This document shows positions 38,647-48,527 of a stretch of DNA of 53,784 nucleotides, one piece after another. Positions within the stretch are counted from its first letter, which is position 1. The number at the start of each line of letters is the position of its first letter. A model generated the notes under the pieces. That model saw only the letters and a program-made list of their open reading frames with translations. It searched no databases and was not told the DNA's origin. The stretch is from Candidatus Thorarchaeota archaeon (lineage in GTDB: Archaea > Asgardarchaeota > Thorarchaeia > Thorarchaeales > Thorarchaeaceae), in the NCBI GenBank assembly GCA_003345595.1, contig PRDI01000025.1, positions 1-53,784 on the forward strand. The letters are read 5' to 3'. The position numbers and the translations under genes are program-made.

Positions 38647-39666
38647 TCAGATCAGATCGGTGACTATCTTGGCGGACCACTTCTGTGCAGCAATGGCGTC
38701 CTTATATGTGATCTCCGGTTTCTCCTTTCCGAGACAGGCCTGAACAAAGTGCGCGATGAGCTGCTTGTGACCCCATACCTCAGGACCCTTGGGTTCCAGT
38801 TTCCAGAGCTCCTTTTCGTCACCTTTGCCATAGAGTGTGATCTTGTCGCTCCAATCAACGACTATTGTCTTGCCGTTGTTACCGAATACCTCGAACCTGC
38901 TTGTGTCCTGGCCCTTTGCAACAGAAGAACCGTATATCAGATTGCCGACGACGCCGTTCTTGAGTCTAATGATTCCAACGGTCTGATAACCCTTGAAGCT
39001 ATCGACTCCCTCGACTGGCATATAGCAGGCCGCCCATTTTACGTTCTCTATCTCGGTCTTGAAGAACCATCTGAACATATCGAGAGACCAGACTGATAAC
39101 GTGAAGTCGGGATATCCTCCACTCTTCTTGATATCCCATGCCCATGATGAGAGCGGCCATTGTCTGGCTAGGTCTTCTGCGGCTATGAATTCCCTGAAGG
39201 TCAGGGCGATGGGTTTCCCTATGGCTCCGACTTCGAGGAGTTCTTTTGCTTTCACATAACCAGGTGCGTGCCTGAAATTCAGTATCGGCATAAGCACGAC
39301 GCCCTTCCCCTCAGCGAGTCTGCCCAGTTCCTCAGCCTTCTGAAGCTCAGGTGCCATGGGCATCTCCAAGAACACGTGCTTGCCACCCTCGATCGCCCTC
39401 TTCGCCAGCTCATAGTGATCGGGTGTGGGGACAGCGATGCATACTGCATCCACGTTCGGATCCACGCATACGGCATCCCAATCATAGTAGACATTGATGC
39501 CATACTTTTCTTTCAGCTGGATGGCGATTCTCTCGCTTTCCCGACCTTTTCTGGCGACCACTCCCAACAGCTTCGAATCGGGCACCTTTCTAAATGATGG
39601 GACGTGAGCGGCTCCACCAACAAAACCTAGTCCGGCGCACACAGTGCGTACTTCTTTCTTCGACAA
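38647..39666 (-). CDS. Gfo/Idh/MocA-family NAD(P)-dependent oxidoreductase
   Basis: GLGFVG...H, VDAVCIAVPTPDH, GKHVFLEMP (variant of EKP), NFRH, GAIGKP, SGG. Confidence 0.9.
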   Translation of the reverse strand: MSKKEVRTVCAGLGFVGGAAHVPSFRKVPDSKLLGVVARKGRESERIAIQLKEKYGINVYYDWDAVCVDPNVDAVCIAVPTPDHYELAKRAIEGGKHVFLEMPMAPELQKAEELGRLAEGKGVVLMPILNFRHAPGYVKAKELLEVGAIGKPIALTFREFIAAEDLARQWPLSSWAWDIKKSGGYPDFTLSVWSLDMFRWFFKTEIENVKWAACYMPVEGVDSFKGYQTVGIIRLKNGVVGNLIYGSSVAKGQDTSRFEVFGNNGKTIVVDWSDKITLYGKGDEKELWKLEPKGPEVWGHKQLIAHFVQACLGKEKPEITYKDAIAAQKWSAKIVTDLI

Positions 39667-40010
39667 GTGCTGTTGCTCCTTGTTCTATCGAGTAGCCCGG
39701 GTGTCACGATGCGGTTTCGCGGCTGGGCACGTGTACTGCAATCCAGTCCGCTCTCACGACCGCTGAGCGTCTTTTCTCAAGCTTTACGATGTATGGCTTC
39801 GGCCTATTAAGAGCTGAGGCTAGTCCGATTATGTTGGGCCGGGAAGGCACCATTGCAGCGTGAACGTCGGGGACAGTAGGTGAAAAGTCGTCTTCAATGG
39901 CCATCAGAAACCTGTGGCATCCGACCCGCTCAGATTCTGCCGAGCATGAGGAAGTTGTCGTCACTGGGCAGATGGATTAATGAGGATGGCTCAACCAGTT
40001 CAGGGTTGAA

Positions 40011-40613
40011 TCATGTCTTTGCTAGCTTCAGAGTGTCGAATGACAGAAATCCTACGTATGCCAGCGAGGCAAACACTGTGTACCATTCTACGATAGCTCC
40101 GCCCAGTGTGAACGCAAAGACCAGACTCGAGATGGCAACCACGAGGCCATAGAGCGCAATCAGCTTCATGAACCTCGGATGCAGCAAGAGAGCAAGGCTG
40201 ACCAGAATCAAGACAAGGAAGTTGAGCTCAAAGAAGACCCCGGACGCTAGAATGTGGGGGGCTCCCTTGTCCTCAGAGAAAACCCCAATCATGATGAGAG
40301 CAACAGCAGAACAGACGCCAGCCAGTTGTCCAGTGATGAGTATGCCCCTTTCCAGCTTTCCCTCGGTGAACCATCGACGCAGTCCAATGAAGAAGGGGAT
40401 GAGCGCCAATCCCGTGAGAATGCAGCCTGCGTTGTAGAAGTAGGCACCGAATGGGCTATAGTTGAAATCGCCCAACCGGCTCAGGTAGTGTGTGAGTGGT
40501 CCTAAGGGACCGGGGTACAAGGCCCACGAAATGAAAGTGAATGTGCAGTAGGACAGGATCACGAGCGCACCGCTGATGCTAGTCAGCGGCCAATTGGAGA
40601 AACTGAGTTTCAT
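40011..40613 (-). CDS. DUF998-family membrane protein (second, distant paralogue)
   Basis: THYLSRLG, YN.GCILTG, IGVFSED...H, EW; multiple TM helices. Confidence 0.75.
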   Translation of the reverse strand: MKLSFSNWPLTSISGALVILSYCTFTFISWALYPGPLGPLTHYLSRLGDFNYSPFGAYFYNAGCILTGLALIPFFIGLRRWFTEGKLERGILITGQLAGVCSAVALIMIGVFSEDKGAPHILASGVFFELNFLVLILVSLALLLHPRFMKLIALYGLVVAISSLVFAFTLGGAIVEWYTVFASLAYVGFLSFDTLKLAKT

Positions 40614-40744
40614 ACTCTGTTACCTTGAGTCTTCTCAGAGCACAGCTTTCTCATAAACACTCACCCAGAAGGCAGTCAGTCCATGAACTTGCACCAACCA
40701 AAATGCGTTGGACATTACAGTCAGTATTGTAGAGCGGAGGCTGA

Positions 40745-41695
40745 CTATGTCTGCTGCCCTATCAACACGCCAAGATTCCTTGTAAACACTGGGATATCCT
40801 CGAGCGTTCTAGTGGGTGAGAATCCTCTCATCTTTCTGGAAACGGTCTGACGAATGCTCTCGTCAACTGTCCCTTCTAAGATCGCCTTAGTTTCTTCTTC
40901 GGTGAGGTCTTCGAGCCGCAATGTCCTATTGATTGCATGGCGGTTGGCAGGGCACTTGAGCTGGCATCTCATACATCCCATGAGTGCGTTATGAGCATTG
41001 ACTGGCATCCACTCAGGGAACACTCCTTCAACCTCATTGTACAAAGGCACGCATCTGCTGATGTTTATGACGAAGTTGTCTTCGGTTATGCATCCATTCG
41101 GGCACTCTTTCATGCAGACTGTGCACTTCTTGCATTTGTCCATCATCCGCATATCGGTCCAGTCATCATGCTCGAAAGTGAAGTCTGTGAAGTAAGCGTG
41201 GAGTGTGACCAGGCTGCCCATCCCGTCAACGTAGCACAGGTTGTTTCTGCCATACCTACCAAGTCCGCTTCTCACGGCAAGCGTCTTCATGAGCACCTGC
41301 CCGTTGGCCTTCTCGATCCTGTGACCCGGCTCATCTATGATTCTCCGGGCAACGGTGTTCTGTAATTGCTCTTGCGAGAACCCGATGTCATAGTAAGCAG
41401 GAGGTACTAAGAACTCAAGGCGCCGCCCCTTATGATAGAATCCAGCAACTGCCAATGGAGTGAAGACAGCCATGATGATCAGAGATTGTGCGTTAGGGAA
41501 CGACTCAGGAATCGCGAATCTCTTGCCATCTACGTAGCTCCTGAAGGTCTTGTCCTCGCACATCTTGCCCTCGCGATACAGTGTGTCGATATGTTTCTGG
41601 AGCTCAGTCAAATGCTCGACAGAGGTAGCCCTAAACCTAAAGTGCGACTCAGGTACGTTCCCATCTTTGGATTGAGCTTTTGTTTTCTCAGTCAT
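40745..41695 (-). CDS. QueG/reductive-dehalogenase-superfamily protein with two 4Fe-4S motifs
   Basis: KTLAVRSGLGRYGRNN...GS (cobalamin-binding region of QueG/RdhA); CKKCTVCMKECP; C...GCMRCQLKCP. Confidence 0.8.
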   Translation of the reverse strand: MTEKTKAQSKDGNVPESHFRFRATSVEHLTELQKHIDTLYREGKMCEDKTFRSYVDGKRFAIPESFPNAQSLIIMAVFTPLAVAGFYHKGRRLEFLVPPAYYDIGFSQEQLQNTVARRIIDEPGHRIEKANGQVLMKTLAVRSGLGRYGRNNLCYVDGMGSLVTLHAYFTDFTFEHDDWTDMRMMDKCKKCTVCMKECPNGCITEDNFVINISRCVPLYNEVEGVFPEWMPVNAHNALMGCMRCQLKCPANRHAINRTLRLEDLTEEETKAILEGTVDESIRQTVSRKMRGFSPTRTLEDIPVFTRNLGVLIGQQT

Positions 41696-41961
41696 TACTT
41701 ATGCCTCAACACTACTCAGTCTAGCCTTCCGACGGATAAGCGACAGATGCAGGGCTTCTCGACCCTCGAATGCAGACTAAGAAGGATTGGTTCAGCGCAA
41801 TGAATAGGCAGTCAGGAATGCTTGGCTGCTCCAGTTACAGAGCAGGCTGTTTGCCTGGTCAGCGTCCCTTCGACTTGAATTAGCTCAGTGACGCCATGCT
41901 GATTTAATAGGGGCTTCTTCACATCGGCTGGCATTTCCATTTGCTGCCAATGGTGATAGAA

Positions 41962-43374
41962 ATGGAATCCGCGGGCCTAGAGAAGCTGAGTCGCAGAAAC
42001 CTCTGGGGATGGGCATTGGGTTCTATCCCTACCGGTTTGTTGGCCTATATCTTCAGTCTCAAGTATGTTGAGTACTTCTACAATAATCTGGCCCTAGCCC
42101 CACTATACTTCATCATCGGGCAAGCAATCTATCTTGTCGTCAATGCGGTGAACGATCCCCTCGCAGGACAGTTGTCTGACCGGACGAGCCGAAAGCGATG
42201 GGGCAGCCGGCGCCTGATATACATAAAGTATGGCGGTCCAATTTGGGCATGGACCTTCCTATTGGTGTGGTTTCCATGGAGTTTCAACAACCAGATAGTC
42301 ATTTTCATTCACTACGTTGTGTCACTCTGTGCTTTTGACACGATGCTCACAATCGTGCTGTTGGTATGGTTGGCTGTCCTACCTGAGATGACCATGGACA
42401 TCGATGAGCGAAACAAGGCGCAGTTCATCGCAGGAGTGATGGGCACGATTGTGGTCTTGCCTGTGTTCATCGTAATTGCTGCCATGAGACCGGACTCAGA
42501 AGGGTTCCGGTTCCTGATGATCCTGTTTGCTGTCATCTCGATGGTATTCCTAGAGCTGACAGCGCACTTCTGCCACGAGCGCCCCGAATTCCAGAGTGAC
42601 AGAGTGTACTCTCTGAAGGAGTCTGTCAAGGCGACCTTCAAATCGAAGACGTTTCTGGTCTATGTTGGTTTCTATTTCTGTCAGAACTTCCTCAGCACCT
42701 TGGGCCTGAGTTACTTCTTCATCTACATGCTGCTGCTCCAGAAAGTGACACCTGGATTGAACGTCGTACTGTTCTTCTTTGTGATATACTTCATCGTGGG
42801 CTATGCGGGCAACATCGTGTGCATGAAGCTTCAACGCAAGTGGGGACTGAGAAGAATCATCCTAAGATTCGGAGTTGTTCGAGTAGTTGGCTCGATAGTT
42901 CTGTTTCTGATAATCCTCGTTCCCATATTCGAGCCGCTGATATGGTATGGACTCGTCGTCGTCACCTTCTTCGGTGGCTACGGCATCTTCCAGATTCCAA
43001 TGCAATATCTAGCCATAGATGAGGATGAAATCCTCTGCGGCTCCCGGAGGGAAGGCATGTTCATTGGAGTAATGGCTCTGTTGACCAAGCCCGCGAACAG
43101 CCTTGGCCCAATCATTGCAACGATGATACTAACGACATTCGGCTATATCCAAGGCGGTGCTCTTGCAGTTCAGCCCGAGTCAGCGTTCTTGGGAATAAAG
43201 ATCATCTGGCTCTTGGTTTCAGGAATCGTGGCGTCTTTGGGTCTGGTTTCTATCTACTATTATCCTCTTCATGGCGAGAAACTAGATGAGATGCAGAGAA
43301 AGCTGACTGAACTGCACAAGCGGAAAAGAGAGGCTGTCTTGGGGCAAGTCCAATCAGCTAAGGGGTCCTCCTGA
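41962..43374 (+). CDS. MFS transporter, glycoside-pentoside-hexuronide (MelB/GPH-like) family
   Basis: NAVNDPLAGQLSDRT..RWGSRR, LPEMT..DER, IDEDE...G.RREG, YYPL. ATG 41962 lies 5 nt after GGTGA. Confidence 0.88.
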   Translation: MESAGLEKLSRRNLWGWALGSIPTGLLAYIFSLKYVEYFYNNLALAPLYFIIGQAIYLVVNAVNDPLAGQLSDRTSRKRWGSRRLIYIKYGGPIWAWTFLLVWFPWSFNNQIVIFIHYVVSLCAFDTMLTIVLLVWLAVLPEMTMDIDERNKAQFIAGVMGTIVVLPVFIVIAAMRPDSEGFRFLMILFAVISMVFLELTAHFCHERPEFQSDRVYSLKESVKATFKSKTFLVYVGFYFCQNFLSTLGLSYFFIYMLLLQKVTPGLNVVLFFFVIYFIVGYAGNIVCMKLQRKWGLRRIILRFGVVRVVGSIVLFLIILVPIFEPLIWYGLVVVTFFGGYGIFQIPMQYLAIDEDEILCGSRREGMFIGVMALLTKPANSLGPIIATMILTTFGYIQGGALAVQPESAFLGIKIIWLLVSGIVASLGLVSIYYYPLHGEKLDEMQRKLTELHKRKREAVLGQVQSAKGSS

Positions 43375-43518
43375 GGCTAGGTCCTCCAATCATCGAATGC
43401 GTCGGGCGTTCTGGGTTTTCCCAGATGCGCCAATGTAGTATGAGGGCGTTTGCCAAGAACCTATATCGGATGCGTGCCATACTACTCTCGGATTTCCATC
43501 ACGCGCCATGAAGTCTTT

Positions 43519-43683
43519 TCATAATGACAGTGAAAGCTTGGAATCCTTGACAGCGTGTTTTGTTATCTCAAGATTGCACGATCTGTGCTTTATGCACCAT
43601 TCCTCACACTTCTTTGCCCAGTGCTCATCATGGTACAGCAGATGGCACTGCTGACATTCGTAGAGATCGCCTACCTTCTTCAT
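43519..43683 (-). CDS. Small Cys/His-rich putative metal-binding protein (54 aa)
   Basis: YECQQCHLLYHDEHWAKKCEEWCIKHRSCNLEITKHA: CxxC, CxxxC, C and His pattern typical of small Zn-finger-like proteins. Confidence 0.7.
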   Translation of the reverse strand: MKKVGDLYECQQCHLLYHDEHWAKKCEEWCIKHRSCNLEITKHAVKDSKLSLSL

Positions 43684-43815
43684 AATCCAGCGTTCAACCT
43701 GAATCAAAACAGATGTCATGATAGAAGAACCTGTGGGAAGGGATAAGGAGTGCTGTTCGCACGCAGAATCAAAAGACGCTCCAGAATCTATCCCGGTTCT
43801 CTGCAGAACGGCCGA

Positions 43816-44982
43816 CTAGTCGGGAATCCGTATTGGATACGAGCCATACTTCTCGCGCACTCTCATCACAGCCTCCCATCTGTCCACTGTGATGGCTGGA
43901 TTGATGCTGTGGCCGCTACTAAAAATGTAGCCGCCGCCAGGCGCGAGTTCTCTTATCAGCCGCTTGCTGTATTCCTCGATTTCGGTAACTGTCCCCACGG
44001 CAAGCATCACCGGGCTGATGTTTCCCACGAAGGTAATCTTGTCCTTGTACTTCTCTGCAAGTCTGAAGATGTCGTAATCGGGGTTGGCAGTCGTGGGTTC
44101 GATAGGATTGAGTGCATCCACGCCGCACTTTATGATGTCTTCAAAGATTAGCATCAGATCCCCATCCGAATGCAGGAGTATTCTGGAGTCCCGTTTGTGA
44201 GCTTCATCGCACATCTGTTTCAACCATGGGAACACATAGGTTCTGTAGTTCTGAGGGCTCATGAACAGGCCGTTCTTGAAGCCGTAGTCATCCCATACCA
44301 GAATCAGTTCAGCCCCCTGGTCTGCGAGAATCTTCACGAGCTCCACAGCCAGCTTGCCATTGTCGTCAAATACCTTCTTGGCTTGCTTCGGGTGTCCGAG
44401 TATTCGAGAGAACGTTTCAAGACCGAAGGCTTCCCAGCTTGGTTCCATCATTCCTCCTATTGCGGGAACTGAGAGTATCTCATTATTCATCTGCTTTTGG
44501 ACGTCCTTGCCGGCGAGAAATGCAGCCAACCTCTTTGGTTCGTTCGGGTCCGGACGTTCCCACTTCTCGTAGTCCTCAAAGCTGTGAAGATGGCCTCCAC
44601 GATATCCAAGGATCAGTGTGCCATCTCCTTCGTATTTCTCGAATTTCATCAAACGCCCGAACTCATCGATCATACCACCCTCGACGATCTTCCGCTGCTG
44701 ATGCGTGACGAAGCTTAGACCGATGTCAATCTTGACGCGACGTAGAAACTCATAGGAATTGACCATGCCCTTCGCTAACCATGAACGATTGCTCATGGCG
44801 TAGTTGGCTACTCGCGTCTTGAAAGGGAGGTGCTTGAGAGCATCTATCCCAGAACTCAGGCCAGCAGCCGCAATGCCATAATGTTCCATAATCGTGTTAT
44901 TAGTGAATGCACTCTCGAATGCAGGTACGCGATCAGGTTCTTCGTGATTTAGGGCCTTCATCACCCGTGTTGGTGCGTCCAT
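43816..44982 (-). CDS. URO-D/methyltransferase-superfamily protein (DD...HSD...H ligand type)
   Basis: RV.KALNHEEPDRVP, DEFG, WDDYG...LFMSP, LLHSDG, NPIE, TFVGNI, GGGYIFSSGHSI. Confidence 0.88.
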   Translation of the reverse strand: MDAPTRVMKALNHEEPDRVPAFESAFTNNTIMEHYGIAAAGLSSGIDALKHLPFKTRVANYAMSNRSWLAKGMVNSYEFLRRVKIDIGLSFVTHQQRKIVEGGMIDEFGRLMKFEKYEGDGTLILGYRGGHLHSFEDYEKWERPDPNEPKRLAAFLAGKDVQKQMNNEILSVPAIGGMMEPSWEAFGLETFSRILGHPKQAKKVFDDNGKLAVELVKILADQGAELILVWDDYGFKNGLFMSPQNYRTYVFPWLKQMCDEAHKRDSRILLHSDGDLMLIFEDIIKCGVDALNPIEPTTANPDYDIFRLAEKYKDKITFVGNISPVMLAVGTVTEIEEYSKRLIRELAPGGGYIFSSGHSINPAITVDRWEAVMRVREKYGSYPIRIPD

Positions 44983-44987
44983 CGACT

Positions 44988-45617
44988 CTAGACCCCCATG
45001 AGAGCCTTGATATGCCTCACTCCATCGATGGCATCAGCGGCGTAGTCGTCTGCGCCCAGTTCTTCGGCGAGCTCCATGTTCAGTGGTGCTCCTCCGACAA
45101 TTATCTTCACCTTGTCGCGGAGGCCAGCGTGTTTGAGGGCTTCGCCAATGACCGAAATCTCTCTCATCGTCATTGTCAACAGACAGCTCAGTGCAAGAAC
45201 CTTGGCATCATGCTTTCTCATGGCTTCAACGATCTTCTCGCTTGGACAATCCACTCCAAGGTCAATGACCTCAAACCCTGCGGAAACGAGCATGGTGATC
45301 AGGATGTTCTTGCCAATGTCGTGATTGTCCCCCTTTACAGTGGCCACAACAATTGGCTTTCTCTTGCCCTTCTCCTTGACTGTCAAGCGCGGCTTCAGAA
45401 CGTCAAATGCCTCCTTCATGGTTTCGCCGGCTAAAACGAGCTCAGTGAGGAAGTACTCCTTCTGCTCATACCTGCGTCCAACTTCATCCATGCCTGCTGT
45501 GAGAGCCTTCAAGACATCATTGGGGTCCACATGTTTCTCAAGCTCCTGCTGGACTGACTTGGCGATGTTGTCCACATCTAGCTCTACAATCATCTTTGTT
45601 ATGTCGTCAAGAGTAAT
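44988..45617 (-). CDS. Methyltransferase cognate corrinoid protein (MtaC/MtbC-like)
   Basis: Cap domain GMDEVG..YE..EYFLTELV; DNHDIGKN (DxHxxG) B12 motif; IDLGVD; SCLLT; VGGAP; GADDYA.DA. Probable ATT start at 45617 or 45620; first ATG is at 45593. Confidence 0.92.
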   Translation of the reverse strand: MTLDDITKMIVELDVDNIAKSVQQELEKHVDPNDVLKALTAGMDEVGRRYEQKEYFLTELVLAGETMKEAFDVLKPRLTVKEKGKRKPIVVATVKGDNHDIGKNILITMLVSAGFEVIDLGVDCPSEKIVEAMRKHDAKVLALSCLLTMTMREISVIGEALKHAGLRDKVKIIVGGAPLNMELAEELGADDYAADAIDGVRHIKALMGV

Positions 45618-45728
45618 AATACGCCAGCTCCTGCAATTGTCGTTGCTTCTCGCCCTCTGCAGAACGCAGTAATATCCTTTGTTTCACAGAAGGTTAATGA
45701 CCACCTTTGGACTCGTCAACGAAGCAGG

Positions 45729-48485
45729 ATGATGGTACCCATGTCAAGCAAGCCATTCGGATCAGGCCATTTCGGTGAGTGGATCACAGACGAATTCGGT
45801 CTGCCTGCGTATCACTATACCTGCAATCAACTCACAGACCCCAAGGCACATACACCTACGAATGAGCTCTGGCGCTCTCCTACGGAGCATTTACATCAGG
45901 TTGGGAATGATAGACTTGTCGGTGTTGCTTCGAATTATGGACATGTTCAGGTTCGGCAGGATGAAGGGAGTCCGAAGTTCCTGAATGACTACGACCCCGC
46001 GAGCCATCAATACGGCGGCGGGTTCGGGTATTTGACAGATGGCAAGACTGTACTCAGTACCTACTACTCCGGGAAGGCCGAATCCTTTGACAGAGTCTTT
46101 GGCGCAGGATACTACAGAAAGACAGTCAAGGGAAACGGGCTGGTAGTGGACCATGCTGTCTTTGCTCCCTATGGCGACGATCCCATTCTTATCTCGAAGG
46201 TCACGATAGAGAATCAACGGGAAGAGCCTGCGGATCTGAGATGGATCGAGTATTGGGGTTGTCAGCTGTATCAGTTTTCATACAAAGCATTCATGCGGTC
46301 TGTCGTATCAAAGAAGCATCCTAACCTCTATCGTAGAAGACTCGCAACGCGGTTTGCAGACCATATCAGTGTCCTGAGTAGCGGAAGAGGGCTGGAAGTC
46401 AAGAAACAATTCATGGGTCATGCCCTGCCTGACATGTTAGGATGGGGGTTTCTGAATTTCATGCTGAATTTCGTGGGAAAGGAAATGACTGGTGGACCAG
46501 TCAGATCCCCAGTGAAACAGGCAGTGCTCGAAGACCTCTCTCCTCCAGACGTTTTCCTCGTATCTCTCGATGCGCCCTGTGATGCCGTGTGCACCAATGC
46601 GGCAGGTTTCTTTGGTGAGGGAGGCGTGGTTTCGCCTGACGGCATACGGGGTTTTCTATCTGAGAACGTTGAGGGAAGTGGCCCAGAGACAGGTCTCTTC
46701 CTCGAGCGGCGTGCCCATCTGAAGCCCGGCGAGAGCAGGTCGATGTACTTTGCCTATGGTTATCTGCCCGAAGGCTTCACTCTTGAGTCTCTCATCTCGA
46801 AATATGAGAAAGATCTTCCTCAGTTGTTGAGCCGATCGTGCGAACAATGGAAGAAAAACCGCATCCAGCTGGACGTCGGTGATGAGAAGTGGGTCGATCG
46901 CGAACTCGCATGGCACAATTACTACCTGAGAAGCAACCTCACGTATGATAGCTTCTTCAGAGAGCACATTCTATCTCAGGGGCATGTGTACCAGTACCTG
47001 ATCGGATTCCAAGGTGGAGCGCGTGACCCGCTGCAACACGCTCTACCATTCGTATACTCCGACCCGACCATTGTGAAGGAAGTTCTGAGGTACACCTTAA
47101 AGTCGATGACCCCTGACGGCAAGATTCCGTATGGCATTGTTGGCTGTGGGATGTACATGCCATCGCCGTTCCATCCAAGTGATCAGGAGATGTGGCTCCT
47201 TTGGCTCGCCGGCGAGTACGTGCTCGCCACGAGAGACTTGGCGTTTCTGAACGAGGTCATCCCAACGTATCCGGTGTATGGTCACAAGGCGAGGACCATG
47301 CGCGTCGACGATCTCCTGTCCGCCTGCTATCGTCGACTGGTTGTATTGACAGGGGTCGGGCAACACGGCATTCAGAGACTGGTGAAGGGTGACTGGAATG
47401 ACATGATGGTCATGGGATACGTTCCGAAGGAGCAACGTCCAGTTGTCGAGGAAGTCGGTGAGAGCGTTCTCAATGCGGCAATGGCCACATATGTCTTCGA
47501 CGTTTATTCAAGGCTGCTGACCTATGCAGGTAACAAGAGTCTGGCGGAGGATGTCATGAAACATGCCGCCGCTCAGCGGTCCGCGGTACAAGCACAGTGG
47601 ATGGGCAAGTGGTTCAAGAGGGCATGGCTCAGCGAGGATATCGGATGGGTCGGAGAGGACAATCTCTGGTTGGAACCGCAGCCCTGGGCTATCATTGGGG
47701 AATCTGTGGACTCTGAGCAAAGACGGATTCTAGTACAGTGGATAGACAAGGAAGCAAGAAAGCCATCGAAGATAGGTGCCATGATTCTTGGAAAAGCAGA
47801 CCCAAAGATGGTCGGCCCAACAGGAGTGGGAACGAATGCGGGGATATGGCCCTCAATAAATGGTACCCTCGTATGGGCTCTGTCGCTCGTGGATGGTAAG
47901 ATGGCGTGGAACGAATGGAAGAAGAACACGCTTGCCACGCATGCTGAGGAATACCCAGATATCTGGTATGGTATCTGGAGCGGCCCCGACACCTACAACT
48001 CTGAACTCTCCGTTCGTCCAGGAGAAACCATCTTCGGTACCGAAGACGAGATTCCTCATGAAACCGATGAAGAGAAAGCCAAGGACTCCGACATCGGTAA
48101 GATCTTCGAGGTCAAATGGACAGACTTTCCAGTGATGAACATGCATCCGCATGCATGGCCCCTCTACAGTGTTGCCAAGCTCATGGGAACAGAATTCACT
48201 GAGCAGGGGGTCGACCTCGCTCCATCGCTGCCGAAGGACGAATACAGGTTTACGTCTCCTCTGCTCGAGCTGGAGAAAACAAAGCAAGGTTACCGAGGTA
48301 GGTATTCGCCAATGACTGCAGGGACTTGGAGAATCACGCTCAAGCTTGGTGAGAAAGAGCGGAACCGAGTCAGTGTTTTGACTGTTAATGGAAAGGATCA
48401 GAAGCTGACCTCTGAAGGCGACAAGGTTGTGCTGACTGGAGCAAGCGCGCCAGACCGGCCGCTCACATGGTCGCTCAGATTCTGA
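45729..48485 (+). CDS. GH94-like (six-hairpin) glycoside phosphorylase/hydrolase, cytoplasmic
   Basis: GARDPLQH, GDWND (catalytic-acid motif of GH94), GESV, LEPQPWA, NAGIW; no signal peptide. Confidence 0.75.
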   Translation: MMVPMSSKPFGSGHFGEWITDEFGLPAYHYTCNQLTDPKAHTPTNELWRSPTEHLHQVGNDRLVGVASNYGHVQVRQDEGSPKFLNDYDPASHQYGGGFGYLTDGKTVLSTYYSGKAESFDRVFGAGYYRKTVKGNGLVVDHAVFAPYGDDPILISKVTIENQREEPADLRWIEYWGCQLYQFSYKAFMRSVVSKKHPNLYRRRLATRFADHISVLSSGRGLEVKKQFMGHALPDMLGWGFLNFMLNFVGKEMTGGPVRSPVKQAVLEDLSPPDVFLVSLDAPCDAVCTNAAGFFGEGGVVSPDGIRGFLSENVEGSGPETGLFLERRAHLKPGESRSMYFAYGYLPEGFTLESLISKYEKDLPQLLSRSCEQWKKNRIQLDVGDEKWVDRELAWHNYYLRSNLTYDSFFREHILSQGHVYQYLIGFQGGARDPLQHALPFVYSDPTIVKEVLRYTLKSMTPDGKIPYGIVGCGMYMPSPFHPSDQEMWLLWLAGEYVLATRDLAFLNEVIPTYPVYGHKARTMRVDDLLSACYRRLVVLTGVGQHGIQRLVKGDWNDMMVMGYVPKEQRPVVEEVGESVLNAAMATYVFDVYSRLLTYAGNKSLAEDVMKHAAAQRSAVQAQWMGKWFKRAWLSEDIGWVGEDNLWLEPQPWAIIGESVDSEQRRILVQWIDKEARKPSKIGAMILGKADPKMVGPTGVGTNAGIWPSINGTLVWALSLVDGKMAWNEWKKNTLATHAEEYPDIWYGIWSGPDTYNSELSVRPGETIFGTEDEIPHETDEEKAKDSDIGKIFEVKWTDFPVMNMHPHAWPLYSVAKLMGTEFTEQGVDLAPSLPKDEYRFTSPLLELEKTKQGYRGRYSPMTAGTWRITLKLGEKERNRVSVLTVNGKDQKLTSEGDKVVLTGASAPDRPLTWSLRF

Positions 48486-48527
48486 CATAACGTGAAGTAG
48501 CAGCGTTTCAAGAGATGTCGATTGAGA

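Noticed and set aside
39704-39964. 86-aa ORF between the dehydrogenase and DUF998 genes
   Set aside because: No motif or compositional support; it probably spans a promoter region.
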